DNA of 64,000 bases from Desulfosoma sp. (GCA_037481835.1 JBBFKW010000016.1:55502-119501); one strand, 5' to 3'. Shown: positions 49,688 through 62,818, counted from the stretch's first letter. The notes: generated by a model from the sequence alone, not told the origin. Numbers and translations are program-made.

Positions 49688-50890
49688 TCAATTCGTCGGT
49701 CCGGTCATGGGGATCCACGTGCCCTGGGCGCGGTCCGCGGGATAGATCGGCACCAAACGGCCGTTTTGGATCTGGACCACCACCTGCCGATAGTGAAGAG
49801 GATCTCCCTTGGCGTCGAACTGGACTCGCCCTAGGGGCAGTGTCACATCCGCCGCCCGCAAGGCGTCCGCAATGTGAGGGCCGTCCAGAGGGGCGCCGCG
49901 TTCCACGACGGTCCGCATGGCCTCGAGGAGCACCTTGGCGGCGGTGTAGCCATGCATGACCGTAGAGGTGGGGTCTCGACCGTATTTGGCGCGAAAGGCC
50001 TCCGAAAAACGCCGGGATGCCTCTTCGGTTCCGGGGTAGGGAAAATCCGGATGCCAGGCGCTCATGCCCAAAAGATTTTCCGCCGCCGGTCCCATCTGTT
50101 GGATGAATTCGGGGTAGGCAATGCCCCACGGGCCCACATAGGCCGCGAGGGGAATGTTTTGTTCGCGAATCTGCCGGACCAGGATCAGATGGTCCGGAAA
50201 AAACCCCGCGCTGATCAGGACCTCGGCGTGAAGGGAGCGCATCTTGAGAAGAAAAGGGGCGAAATCCGGCGTGCCGGGACGAAACTTTTCCACGAGGGGC
50301 AGTTCGACCCCTGCGCGTCGAAGGCACTGGAAAAGCACTTGGGAAAATTCCGTGGCGCCGGGTGTTGCGGCGTGGAGAATGGCTGCTTTTTTCCCTGGCA
50401 TCACTTTAGGAAGAAACCGACACAGGGGCTCCGTCACCCCATCCAAATGGGAGATGCGAAAAAAGAAGGGGTTTTTTCCTCCCAGGGTCAGGTCTTTTTG
50501 CAGGCTTGCCGAGGCCACGTATGGGATCTGGGCCTTCAAGGCCAGTTGGCTGATGGGCCCCACGAGCGAATCCACATACCCGCCCGTCAGGGCCGTCACC
50601 TTTTCCCGGTAGATGAGATCCTGGGCTTGGTTGACGGCTGTTTCCGGCTGGCTTTGATCGTCTCGCGAAAGCAACTGGACGGGGCGACCTGCAAGGCCGC
50701 CGGCCTGATTGATTTCGTCCACGGCTTGTTCGATGCCGCTCTGGATTTCCTGGCCGTGATTGGCGAGCTTTCCCGTCAAGGGGTTGATGGCCCCCAGGCG
50801 CACCGGCGCCGCCGCATGTCCCGCGTGAGCGAGCCCCGCCAAGAGGATCCAGGTGAAAACGAACCGAAGAAAAAGCCGCGCGAAAGGCAT
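49688..50890 (-). CDS. livK: Liv-type ABC periplasmic binding protein
   Basis: Signal peptide, RLGAINPLTG, INQAGGLAGR, DDQS. Confidence 0.87.
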   Translation of the reverse strand: MPFARLFLRFVFTWILLAGLAHAGHAAAPVRLGAINPLTGKLANHGQEIQSGIEQAVDEINQAGGLAGRPVQLLSRDDQSQPETAVNQAQDLIYREKVTALTGGYVDSLVGPISQLALKAQIPYVASASLQKDLTLGGKNPFFFRISHLDGVTEPLCRFLPKVMPGKKAAILHAATPGATEFSQVLFQCLRRAGVELPLVEKFRPGTPDFAPFLLKMRSLHAEVLISAGFFPDHLILVRQIREQNIPLAAYVGPWGIAYPEFIQQMGPAAENLLGMSAWHPDFPYPGTEEASRRFSEAFRAKYGRDPTSTVMHGYTAAKVLLEAMRTVVERGAPLDGPHIADALRAADVTLPLGRVQFDAKGDPLHYRQVVVQIQNGRLVPIYPADRAQGTWIPMTGPTN

Positions 50891-51008
50891 CGTCCCCCTC
50901 CTCCCTTTTTCATTAGGGCCACGTCCCCGGGCCGTTCTCGGCGTGATGCCGATCCCACCATATGCCATGGGGCCGGAAGGGGCAAGACGGTTCATGGACT
51001 TTCAGGCT

Positions 51009-51854
51009 TCAGGCGTCCACCTCGAGCACGTAGCCCACGGGGGCGAAGGCGAAACGGGACCCGAATTCGGCGGACAACCTGGCGATGGGCGCCTGCCCTG
51101 TGCAGTGGCTCACGGCGAGGATCTGCACATCAAATTTCTTAAGGGCCTCCATGGTCTTGTCCAGTTGGGCCGCAGGCGAAAAGCCGAGATGCGTTCCGCC
51201 GAGCACGGCATAAACCCGGCTTTCCCCGCATTGGCTCGTGAGGTGCTCCAGGATGTTGATCAATCCCGCATGGGCGCATCCCAAGAGGACGACGAGGCCT
51301 TTGGCGGTCTTGACGGCCAAGGAGTAATCATCGCGAAAGGGATCCGGGGCCCAATCCCCGTTGGATCGGATGATGAACTTGGGATCCCCCGTTTCGAAGT
51401 CCGTGCGCCGAGGCACCTCTCCGGAAAGGAACACGTTGGGGGCGATTTCCGAAAAGCTTTCCACCCACTGGAACTGAGCGCCCCGGGTCACCAAGTAGGC
51501 TTCCCTCCAAGGCATGCCGATGGAGACGGGCTTTTCCACAGGGCCCACGGGCATGTAGCGGAACCGTTCCAGGAGGACGTCCGGGTGGGCCGCCACGGGG
51601 CAGGGGCCGCGGACGCCGAGGAAGGCCAGCATCCCGCCCGTATGGTCGAAGTGGCCGTGGCTGAGCACGAGCTTGTCCACCTTGGTGAGGTCTTTCTTGA
51701 GACGCAGGGCGTTTTGAATGAGGCCGAATCCCTGGCCGGTGTCGAAAAGGAGCACTGCCTCCGGGGTCTCCACGTAAGCGGCAAAACCGTGTTCTCCGAT
51801 GAGTCCCGGAACCGGCACGGTGTTTTCACACAGAACGGTGATCTTATAGCCCAT
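51009..51854 (-). CDS. Metallo-beta-lactamase fold hydrolase (MJ0448/COG1237-like)
   Basis: EHGF, FDTG, LSHGHFDHTGG, GCAHAG, GGTHL, HCTG. Confidence 0.88.
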   Translation of the reverse strand: MGYKITVLCENTVPVPGLIGEHGFAAYVETPEAVLLFDTGQGFGLIQNALRLKKDLTKVDKLVLSHGHFDHTGGMLAFLGVRGPCPVAAHPDVLLERFRYMPVGPVEKPVSIGMPWREAYLVTRGAQFQWVESFSEIAPNVFLSGEVPRRTDFETGDPKFIIRSNGDWAPDPFRDDYSLAVKTAKGLVVLLGCAHAGLINILEHLTSQCGESRVYAVLGGTHLGFSPAAQLDKTMEALKKFDVQILAVSHCTGQAPIARLSAEFGSRFAFAPVGYVLEVDA

Positions 51855-51984
51855 GGCCCACTCCTTTCTTCCACGAAAGCCCCTTTCGGTGCGTCCTCTC
51901 CCGTTTTGAAAGAGTCTAACCGAAATGGATGAGGCGGCATAGAGCCCATGCCGCCTCAATGGTTCGGTGTCGGCCTCGTAACGA

Positions 51985-53625
51985 TTACTTTCTCAGCATG
52001 CGCCGCAGGAGCTTCCCGGTGGGCGTTCTCGGGAGCGAATCCACATATTCCACGAGACGCGGAAGCTTGTAGACGGCGATGTGTTGCTTGAGGAATTCCT
52101 TCAGTTCCTCGAAGAAAGCGTCTCCGCCTTCATAGCCGGGCTTGAGCACGATGAAGGCTTTGGTGACCTGGCCTTTTTCCGGATCCGGCACGCCGATCAC
52201 CCCCACGTCCGCCACGGCAGGATGCTTGAGGATGGCTTCTTCCACTTCGGCAGGCCCGATGCGGTACCCCGAGCTCTTGATCATGTCGTCTTCGCGGGAC
52301 ACGAAGAAGATGTTGCCGTCCTCGCGCATGTAGACGGCATCGCCCATCTGGTTCCAGCCGTTCTTGACGCCCTTTTGCTGGGACTTGAGCAGCCGTTCCC
52401 CGTCCACATAAGGCTTCCAGTAGAGGGTGCCCGAGGGGCCCTTGATGATCATGCTGCCCACTTCGTTGGGCTTGCAGTCGTTCCATTCGGCGTCCACGAC
52501 GCGCACGAGCACGCCGGGCAGGGCCTTGCCGATGGAGTTGGGCACGGGTTCGGGGTTGAGGGTGTTGGAGGTGAGCAGGTGGAGCATTTCGGTGCCGCCC
52601 AAACCTTCCCAGATGGGCTGGCCCGTGAGTTTGATCCAACCTTCCAGGGTTTCGGCGCCCAGGGCGTCGCCGCCGGAGGTGCACAACCGGACGCTGCTGA
52701 AATCGTATTTCTTGAAGTCGGGGAACTTCATCAAGGCCCGATAGGCTGTGGGAAGACCCGTGAGCACGGTGATTTTGTGCTTTTCGATGAGTTCCATCAT
52801 GTCGGCCGGCGCAAACTTGGGAAGGAGCGAGATGCCCGCGCCGCCTTCAAACGGAATCAGAGTGAAGGTGCCGAAGCCCGCCGCGAAGGACACCGGGGCG
52901 GCGCCGCCCAAGACATCGCCGGGTTTCAGGTTGTAGACGTATTTATTGACCAGCCTGGATTCGATGATCACGGGCCGGACGAAATGGACGCAGCCCTTGG
53001 GCATGCCCGTGGTTCCCGAGGTGTAGAGGATGACGCCGATATCATCGGCCTTGAGCATGGTCGCTTCCAGGTTGGGAGATCCTTGCTGGAGCATTTCCTC
53101 GTAAACCAGGTGCCCCTGCGCTTTGACCTCGTCGGGATTGCCGCCGATGACGATGACCTTTGTCCCGTATTCGAAGTCCTGCTTGGCTTCTTCCACGGGG
53201 CCCATCAGAGGGGCGTTGACGACGAAGAATTTCATTTCCGCGTTGTTCACGACGAAGGCCACCTCTTCCTTGGACCACAGGGGCGAGGTGGGAATCGGGA
53301 TGGCCCCGATCTTTTCGATGGCGAAGATGGTGACAAGAGCTTGCGGCGAATTGACCAGGCGGATGCCGATGCGGTCTTGGGGTTCCACGCCGGCCGCCTT
53401 AAGGGCGTTGCCGAACTTGTTGACCATTTGCTGCAGCTGGGCGTAAGTGAACTGCTTATCCATGAACTTGATGGCAATGTTGTCTCCCCGCCCTTCCCGC
53501 ACATGCCTGTCCAGCAAATAGTCGGCGAGATTGAGTTCCATGGGGGTGTCGGCAAATTCCTCGGGCACGATGTACTCGGGCCACATGTCTTTTGGGGGGA
53601 GATAATTTTCCGGTATTCTCGCCAT
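51985..53625 (-). CDS. Acyl/aryl-CoA ligase (benzoate/2-aminobenzoate-CoA ligase-like)
   Basis: YTSGTTGMPKGCVH, EGLGGTE, REDDMIKSSGYRIGP.EVE, PRTPTGK; AGGAGG RBS. Confidence 0.88.
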   Translation of the reverse strand: MARIPENYLPPKDMWPEYIVPEEFADTPMELNLADYLLDRHVREGRGDNIAIKFMDKQFTYAQLQQMVNKFGNALKAAGVEPQDRIGIRLVNSPQALVTIFAIEKIGAIPIPTSPLWSKEEVAFVVNNAEMKFFVVNAPLMGPVEEAKQDFEYGTKVIVIGGNPDEVKAQGHLVYEEMLQQGSPNLEATMLKADDIGVILYTSGTTGMPKGCVHFVRPVIIESRLVNKYVYNLKPGDVLGGAAPVSFAAGFGTFTLIPFEGGAGISLLPKFAPADMMELIEKHKITVLTGLPTAYRALMKFPDFKKYDFSSVRLCTSGGDALGAETLEGWIKLTGQPIWEGLGGTEMLHLLTSNTLNPEPVPNSIGKALPGVLVRVVDAEWNDCKPNEVGSMIIKGPSGTLYWKPYVDGERLLKSQQKGVKNGWNQMGDAVYMREDGNIFFVSREDDMIKSSGYRIGPAEVEEAILKHPAVADVGVIGVPDPEKGQVTKAFIVLKPGYEGGDAFFEELKEFLKQHIAVYKLPRLVEYVDSLPRTPTGKLLRRMLRK

Positions 53626-53983
53626 GCTCGTTTCCTCCTTGACCTGCATGTTGGACATGGATGCCGATGCGGGCCTCCGCGCGGCATCAAGTGGGACTCA
53701 CTGAAAAAGGGGCCGTCCTGCGCATCACCTCCTTTGGTGAACCGACCATGCTTAATGAAAAATGCATCCGCCAGGGGCGGGCCCGAGCGGCAACAACCGT
53801 GCGAATCGAAACTTTGAAAAAAATGGTAAAGCCCGTACCAGGGGGAGCGCATGGGATGGGAAAGGGGAGGATGAAGAGGAGGTGCGCGCGGGAGATGGTC
53901 CGTCGCGAACGGCGGAGTTAAGCGTCTCGGTGGTGCCTCGTGCCGTGGGCCTTACCGGCGAGCCTTTCAGGCATCGCTCTCAT

Positions 53984-54592
53984 TTAGCTTTCTGCAGAAA
54001 CGACCTCGATGCCTTCCTCCTTCAAAGATCCGATGATGGGGTCCATGGGGCACTTCTTGATCCGAAAAGAATACACGGCCTCGTCGCCGACCGTGGGCTG
54101 CACGTAACAGACGCTGATGATCTCGGCGCCCTTGTCCTGCAAGAGCCGCGTGACGCCGTCCAAGCTCTGGCTGGGGCCCGCAAGCTTCACGTCCAACCGG
54201 CTGGAACTTTGCATCAGTCCCAACATGGAAATAAAGGCCGAAAGGATGTCCACCACGGTGATCACTCCGACGAGCTTTTGGCCCTCCACGACGGGAAGCC
54301 CGCCGATGCGGTTTTCCAGGGTCAGCTGGGCCGCCGTTTCCAGGGAATCGTCGGGGCTTACCGTAATCGGGCGCCGCACCATGACGTCCTCGACGGAAAG
54401 CTCTTCCAGCATGGAAGCGATGAGCACACTGCGCAGGTCCGCGTCCGTGACCCAGCCCACCAATGTGCCGTCCGCCTGCACCACGGGAAGATGCCGGATG
54501 GAATGGCGCTTCATGAGCTTCAAAGCCTCCTGGACGGACGCTTCCTTGGTGGTGGTCACCACATCCGTGGTCATCCAATGGCGAACGATCAT
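53984..54592 (-). CDS. CBS + ACT domain protein (AcuB-like)
   Basis: MIVRHWMT, IRHLPVV, IGGLPVV, C-terminal ACT-like region. Confidence 0.87.
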   Translation of the reverse strand: MIVRHWMTTDVVTTTKEASVQEALKLMKRHSIRHLPVVQADGTLVGWVTDADLRSVLIASMLEELSVEDVMVRRPITVSPDDSLETAAQLTLENRIGGLPVVEGQKLVGVITVVDILSAFISMLGLMQSSSRLDVKLAGPSQSLDGVTRLLQDKGAEIISVCYVQPTVGDEAVYSFRIKKCPMDPIIGSLKEEGIEVVSAES

Positions 54593-54765
54593 GGCCGGAA
54601 CCTGCCCGGTCGAAAGGATTAGATTGGCTGATCGATGCAATGTACGCTGTGGCGGCGGGCTTGCCCTAACTTGGGCCCCCTTCGCGCCAAAGCCTAAGAA
54701 AAGTGCCGGGGGATTGCAAGAGAAAAATCGTACATAGTAGGGGCTGTGCCGCCAAAGAGGGTGCG

Positions 54766-54793
54766 TTGACTTGAAGTGTCCTTCCGCTATACT
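54766..54793 (+). promoter_or_regulatory. Sigma70 promoter upstream of pyrG
   Basis: TTGACT-N16-TATACT. Confidence 0.5.
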
Positions 54794-54841
54794 GGACGCC
54801 GTGGGAAGGAAAAAGCGCACGTCGGGATTTTTGTGCATTGA

Positions 54842-57447
<2,606 letters not shown>

Positions 57448-57516
57448 CGGCTGCGACGCCGGATCAAAGCAAAAAGACATGTAAGATTAACGGCCAACAT
57501 TCGCTGAGGGGGCCTC

Positions 57517-58083
57517 ATGAGAGATGAATCCAGGATCGTTGGCGTGGACGAGGCGCTCAAGGAGCGCATCCTTTCGGTGAGGTTGGTGATCTTTGACGTG
57601 GACGGGGTGCTCACCGACGGGGGGATCACGATCCATGACGACGGCTCCGAATCCAAAACGTTCGACGTGAAAGACGGCCACGGCATTAAGCTGCTCCAAC
57701 GGTCCGGCTTGCAGGCCGCCCTCATCTCCGGGCGCTTCTGCGCCTCCGTGGAACATCGGGCCAAGGGGCTGGGCATCGAGCATGTCTACCAAGGAATCCA
57801 CCGGAAAGTGGAAGCCTATGAAAAAATCAAGGCGGCCACCGGCCTGGAAGACCGGCACATGGCTTACGTGGGCGACGATCTCATCGACATTCCGGTCATG
57901 CGCCGTGTGGGTTTCGCCGTCTGTGTCCAGGACGCCGTGGATCACGTGAAGCCTTTCGCCCATTATGTGACGCAACGCCCCGGCGGCAAAGGGGCTGCAC
58001 GGGAGATCTGCGAGCTGATCCTCCAGGTGCAGGGCCTCTGGAAGGGCGTCACCGCCCGATATTTCCAAGAAGACGCGGGCTGA
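57517..58083 (+). CDS. kdsC: KDO8P phosphatase (HAD family)
   Basis: FDVDGVLTDG, FDVKDG, GDDLID, GGKGAARE. Confidence 0.94.
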   Translation: MRDESRIVGVDEALKERILSVRLVIFDVDGVLTDGGITIHDDGSESKTFDVKDGHGIKLLQRSGLQAALISGRFCASVEHRAKGLGIEHVYQGIHRKVEAYEKIKAATGLEDRHMAYVGDDLIDIPVMRRVGFAVCVQDAVDHVKPFAHYVTQRPGGKGAAREICELILQVQGLWKGVTARYFQEDAG

Positions 58084-59188
58084 GCCGATCCAGCAGGAAC
58101 TTCTTGTAAGTGGTTTCCCCCATGGGGATGCCGAGAAAATCATGGGCCCACCGGGGCTTTCGGGCGAAGAGGGCCACGAAGAACCCGGGAAACTCATAAA
58201 CCCACCGGGCGAAAAAAGCGGCATATCGAAGGTTGTCCCCGAGGACGCTCATGCAGCGGGATCGATACGCGCGATGGAGAGGACCCCGAAGCGTTCCCTG
58301 GACGGCGTCGGCGATGGTGTCCGCGGCCAGTTGGCCTGATCGCATGGCATAGAAAATGCCCTCACCGGAAAAGGCTTCCCCGAAACCGCCCGCATCCCCC
58401 GCGTACAGGATGCGTGGCGAGCCGAGCCTGGGGGCGATGCCGCGGCATGGAATGGGGCTCCCGCTGTAGCGGAGGTCGTCCGGACCTCCGAGCCTTTTGA
58501 GAAAATCCGAAAAAGCTTTGCGGGTCTGTGTCCGGCCCCGATGCAGTCCCCCCACCCCGACGGAGAAGGCTCCGCGCAGGGGAAAAACCCAACCGTACCC
58601 GTGAGGGTAGGCGTCGAAGTAAAAGTCCAGAAGGTCGTCTTCTTTGCGCAAGAAAAGTCGGGCCGCTGAGGCGTCGAAGCGTCCCGTTACGGCTTTCCAT
58701 CGAGGCCCTTCGGTTCCCGGGCCGGGGTGGCGCCGGTTCAGGGCTCCGACGGCTCCGTGGGCGACAATGACGTATCGGCTTCGATACACCCCTGAGGCGG
58801 TTTTTACCGTGACGTGGGAGTCGGTCTCTTCAAGGTCCAGGACCTTCTCCTCCATGGAGAACGCGGCGCCCGATTCCCGAGCCTTTTCAACCAGCAGAGA
58901 ATCGAAAGCTTCGCGGCGCACCATGACGGCGATGGGCTGGGACCGGCGGGCTTCCATCACGCGACGGCCCCAGACGGCTCGTATGCCGTAAACAAAGCCT
59001 TCTTGAACCCTTTCCGGCAAAGCGAAGCCCAAGGCGTTCACGCCGTTCATGGACAAGGCGCCGCCGCAGGGTTTGTGCCGGGGGAATCGCTCCTTTTCGA
59101 AACACAGAGCTTTCAATCCACGCTGGGCCGCCCTGCGGGCTGCACAGGCTCCCGCGGGACCGGCCCCCACAACGATGCAGTCCGTCAT
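58049..59188 (-). CDS. Geranylgeranyl reductase family FAD-dependent oxidoreductase
   Basis: VVGAGPAG, FPRHKPCGGA, GYGWVFP, AGDAGG...SGEGI.YAMRSG. Confidence 0.87.
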   Translation of the reverse strand: MTDCIVVGAGPAGACAARRAAQRGLKALCFEKERFPRHKPCGGALSMNGVNALGFALPERVQEGFVYGIRAVWGRRVMEARRSQPIAVMVRREAFDSLLVEKARESGAAFSMEEKVLDLEETDSHVTVKTASGVYRSRYVIVAHGAVGALNRRHPGPGTEGPRWKAVTGRFDASAARLFLRKEDDLLDFYFDAYPHGYGWVFPLRGAFSVGVGGLHRGRTQTRKAFSDFLKRLGGPDDLRYSGSPIPCRGIAPRLGSPRILYAGDAGGFGEAFSGEGIFYAMRSGQLAADTIADAVQGTLRGPLHRAYRSRCMSVLGDNLRYAAFFARWVYEFPGFFVALFARKPRWAHDFLGIPMGETTYKKFLLDRLSPRLLGNIGR

Positions 59189-59375
59189 CGCCTGGAACCT
59201 CGTTTGATGCCGTTGGAAGATGCGCCCCTTATCCCGAACCGGTGCCACTGACTCGTAAAGGCAAAAAGCGGGCCTGTCAATCCTCGGGTTTCGGGTATGA
59301 TCCTTTACAGTGCGAAAGAGCGCGTGTTAAATACCCTTGGGATTTGACGGAAAGGCGAAAGGGGTCGGACACTTC

Positions 59376-59960
59376 ATGAAAGGAACGGGGAAGGTGGTTC
59401 CGTGGCTGCTCGTTGCGGCGGCCGTCGTGGTGGCGGTGCTTTTTTCCCACGCCTTCCTGAAGATGAAGAAGGACAGGGCCGCGCAGGAAGCGTCTTCCGC
59501 CCCGTCCGTGGATTCGGACATTCGCCTTACCGACATGGATTATACGGAAGTTCAGGAAGGGAAGCCCATGTGGCGCATCAAGGCCCATGAGGCGAAATAC
59601 TACGAGGGGGAGCAAAAAACCCTGCTGACCCAGGTCGACCTCACGCTTTTTATGGAAAGCGACCGGGAAGTCCGGCTGGCCAGCGATCACGGCCTGCTCC
59701 ATACGGGCCGCAAGGACATCGAACTGTGGGGACGCGTAACGGCCCGTGTGCCACAAGGCTACGAGGTCCAAACCGACAAGGTCTATTACGATCATGAGGC
59801 GCAAAAGATCCGGTCCCAGTCCCCTGTTCGTCTCGCGGGACCTCAGGTGGATCTCCAGGGGAACCAATGGCAGTACGACTTGGCGACGTCCACGGTTCTC
59901 GTGGAAGGAGAGGTTCGTGCCCTGGTGCGAGGACTCTTCTCGGTGCGGAATGCAAAATGA
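59376..59960 (+). CDS. lptC: LPS export protein LptC
   Basis: Single N-terminal TM helix, beta-rich remainder, position upstream of lptA/lptB. Confidence 0.85.
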   Translation: MKGTGKVVPWLLVAAAVVVAVLFSHAFLKMKKDRAAQEASSAPSVDSDIRLTDMDYTEVQEGKPMWRIKAHEAKYYEGEQKTLLTQVDLTLFMESDREVRLASDHGLLHTGRKDIELWGRVTARVPQGYEVQTDKVYYDHEAQKIRSQSPVRLAGPQVDLQGNQWQYDLATSTVLVEGEVRALVRGLFSVRNAK

Positions 59961-60568
59961 CGGGTGACGAAAAAAAAGCCTCCAAAGGTTTTCCAGCGGG
60001 CGTTCGGCGCGGGGCGCGCTGCGCAGCGGCCCTCTTGTCTTTTATCATCATGCTGATCGCCGTCCCGGTGGGGCTTCGCGCCCAAAGCCCAAGTCCCGTC
60101 CCGATGCGGTCCGGGCAGGATGCGGAAAAACCCATCAACATCGCCAGTGACCGCATGGTAGCCGATCAGAAAAGCCGAACGGTGATTTTCGAAGGCCACG
60201 TGACGGTCCAACAGGGCGCCATGACCATCACGGGACAGAAACTTACCGTGTACGGTGCGGAAAGGGCCAAAGGGGCGGGAAACCCTCAGGGAGAAGTGAC
60301 GGGAGACCAGATCGAACGCATTGAAGTGGAGGGCAACGTGGTCATTTCCGAAGGGGATCGCGTGGCCACGTCCCAAAAAGCCGTGCTCTACAATAAAGAG
60401 CAGAAAATCGTGCTCATGGGCTCTCCGGTGCTCGTTCAGGGCAAAGACAGGGTGCAGGGCGACCTCATCACCCTCTACCTCGAAGACCAGAGAAGCGTGG
60501 TGGAAGGTCGGGCCGGCAGCCCCGTGCAGGCGGTTTTCCATCCCAAGGAAACGCCGAAGAAACCATGA
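59957..60568 (+). CDS. lptA: LPS transport periplasmic protein LptA
   Basis: PINIASDRM, FEGHVTVQQG, OstA-like; ATGA overlap with lptC. Confidence 0.88.
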   Translation: MTGDEKKASKGFPAGVRRGARCAAALLSFIIMLIAVPVGLRAQSPSPVPMRSGQDAEKPINIASDRMVADQKSRTVIFEGHVTVQQGAMTITGQKLTVYGAERAKGAGNPQGEVTGDQIERIEVEGNVVISEGDRVATSQKAVLYNKEQKIVLMGSPVLVQGKDRVQGDLITLYLEDQRSVVEGRAGSPVQAVFHPKETPKKP

Positions 60569-61299
60569 CGGCTTCAGGACGCGTTCTGCGCACGGAGGGT
60601 CTGGTCAAGCAGTACGGGGGGCGGGTCGTTGTCGATCGCGTAAATTTGGAGGTGCATCAGGGAGAAGTGGTGGGGCTCCTCGGACCCAACGGGGCGGGGA
60701 AATCCACGACCTTTTACAGCGTGATCGGCATCATCCGGCCCGATGCCGGGGCGGTGTATCTGGACGGGGAGGACATCGTCGGCGATCCCATGTACCTTCG
60801 GGCGCGAAAGGGGATCACCTACCTTCCCCAAGAGCCGTCCGTGTTTCGCAAGCTGACCGTGGAAGAAAACCTGCTGGCCATCATGGAAAACCTGAAGATC
60901 GGCCGGGAAGAGCGAAAGCAGCGGGTTCATGAATTGCTGCGCGACCTCCACATCGACCATTTGAAACGCAGTCGGGCGGACCGGCTGTCTGGGGGAGAAC
61001 GGCGCCGTTTGGAGATCAGCCGGGCTTTGGTCACGCAACCCAGCTTTATTCTTTTGGATGAGCCTTTTGCGGGCATCGACCCGATCGCCGTTGTGGAGAT
61101 CCAGGGTTTAATCCGTTCCTTGAGAGACCGCGGGATCGGCGTGATGATCTCCGATCACAATGTCCGAGAGACGCTCAGAGTCTGCGATCGCGCCTACATC
61201 ATGCACGAAGGACGGATCCTGGAGCAGGGACCTCCGCACGTGATCGCCCAAAGCGAACTGGCCCGCAGAACCTACCTCGGACAGGAATTCAGCCTTTAG
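60565..61299 (+). CDS. lptB: LPS export ABC ATPase
   Basis: GPNGAGKST, YLPQEPSVFRKL, DEPFAGIDP, DHNVRETL. Confidence 0.96.
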   Translation: MTASGRVLRTEGLVKQYGGRVVVDRVNLEVHQGEVVGLLGPNGAGKSTTFYSVIGIIRPDAGAVYLDGEDIVGDPMYLRARKGITYLPQEPSVFRKLTVEENLLAIMENLKIGREERKQRVHELLRDLHIDHLKRSRADRLSGGERRRLEISRALVTQPSFILLDEPFAGIDPIAVVEIQGLIRSLRDRGIGVMISDHNVRETLRVCDRAYIMHEGRILEQGPPHVIAQSELARRTYLGQEFSL

Positions 61300-61314
61300 G
61301 GACGGGAAGACGTT

Positions 61315-62766
61315 ATGGCGTTGGAACTCAAGCAACACATGAAACTCACACAGCAACTGATCATTACCCCTCAGTTGCAGCAAGCCATCAAACTCCTGCA
61401 ACTCTCCCGGTTGGAACTCCTGGAGACGATCCAGCAGGAGTTGGAGGTCAACCCGGTTCTTGAGGAAGCCGCGGAGGCGGTGGAAGACGTGGGGATCAAG
61501 GACGAGGCCGAACCCGAGGCGCCGAAAGTGGAGGAGCGCTACGACGAGGTGGAGATTACGGAAAAGGTTCGGGACGACTTCGACTGGGAAAGCTTCTTGG
61601 AGGACTACAGCACCTACGCTCCGGTGACCAACGAGAGGGATCCCAACCAGGAACAGCCGTCTTTCGAGCAGCGTTTGACGTCCAAGCCCTCCTTGGAAGA
61701 TCATCTCATGTGGCAGCTGTGCCTGTCGGATTTTACGGAAGAGGAGCGGGAGATCGCCATTCAGATTATCGGCAATCTCAATTCCGACGGGTATCTCCTG
61801 GCCGGTTTGGACGAAATCGCCCAGCTCACGGGGGCCCCCGCGGATCGGGTGGAACACGTGCTCAAGAAGGTCCAGGGATTCGACCCACCGGGGGTGGCCG
61901 CCCGCACCCTTCAAGAATGCCTCCTCATCCAGGCCCGCAGCTTGGATATCCCCAACGGGCTTGTGGAAACCATCATCGAGGATTACCTGCCCTATTTGGA
62001 AAACAAGAACTACCAGGGACTGGTGAAGGTGCTTCGACGGCCCAAGGAGGAAGTGCAGGCGGCCGTGGAGGTCATCCTGAGCTTGGACCCCAAGCCGGGG
62101 CGGGCGTACAGCGAAGAAGAGGTCCAGTACGTCAGTCCCGATATCTATGTGATCAAAGTGGATGATGAGTTTGTGGTTGTGCTCAATGAAGACGGCATGC
62201 CCAAGCTCAGGGTCAACCCTTATTACAAGGAAGCTTTGCGTCGGGATTCAGCCGTGCCGGAAGAAGCCAAGGAATACATCCAAGGCAAACTGCGCTCGGC
62301 GGCGTGGTTGATCAAGAGTATTCATCAAAGGCAGCGCACCTTGTACAAGGTGGCGCAGAGTATTGTCAACTTTCAGAGGGAATTTTTCGAAAAAGGGATC
62401 GCCTACCTCAAACCCATGGTTCTGAGGGATGTGGCGGAGGATGTGGGCATGCACGAATCTACCATCAGTAGGGTTACGACCAATAAGTACATGCACACGC
62501 CTCAAGGGATTTTTGAGTTGAAATATTTCTTTAACAGTTCCATAAACAGTGTTGTCGGGGAAGCTGTCGCTTCGGAAAGCGTCAAAGAACGCATTCGCCG
62601 GCTCATTCGGGACGAGGATCCGGCCAACCCGTACAGCGATAAAGACTTGGTCGATCTCCTGCAGAAAGAAAACATCCGGATCGCGCGCCGCACGGTCGCC
62701 AAGTACCGGGAGATGCTTGGCATTCTTCCTTCCCACAAGAGAAAGCGCGTGCTCTGGGGGACGTGA
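61315..62766 (+). CDS. rpoN: RNA polymerase sigma-54 factor
   Basis: PQLQQAIKLLQL, HESTISR, RpoN box ARRTVAKYRE. Confidence 0.97.
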   Translation: MALELKQHMKLTQQLIITPQLQQAIKLLQLSRLELLETIQQELEVNPVLEEAAEAVEDVGIKDEAEPEAPKVEERYDEVEITEKVRDDFDWESFLEDYSTYAPVTNERDPNQEQPSFEQRLTSKPSLEDHLMWQLCLSDFTEEEREIAIQIIGNLNSDGYLLAGLDEIAQLTGAPADRVEHVLKKVQGFDPPGVAARTLQECLLIQARSLDIPNGLVETIIEDYLPYLENKNYQGLVKVLRRPKEEVQAAVEVILSLDPKPGRAYSEEEVQYVSPDIYVIKVDDEFVVVLNEDGMPKLRVNPYYKEALRRDSAVPEEAKEYIQGKLRSAAWLIKSIHQRQRTLYKVAQSIVNFQREFFEKGIAYLKPMVLRDVAEDVGMHESTISRVTTNKYMHTPQGIFELKYFFNSSINSVVGEAVASESVKERIRRLIRDEDPANPYSDKDLVDLLQKENIRIARRTVAKYREMLGILPSHKRKRVLWGT

Positions 62767-62818
62767 TTTGCGGGGGTCGGCGGACATCCAGACATGAACG
62801 ACAAGAAGGAGTGTGCCC

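Noticed and set aside
53789..53840. Sigma54-like sites upstream of the CoA ligase (TCGCACGGTTGTTGC, TGGTACGGGCTTTAC, minus strand)
   Set aside because: Each lacks one invariant dinucleotide (GG or GC).
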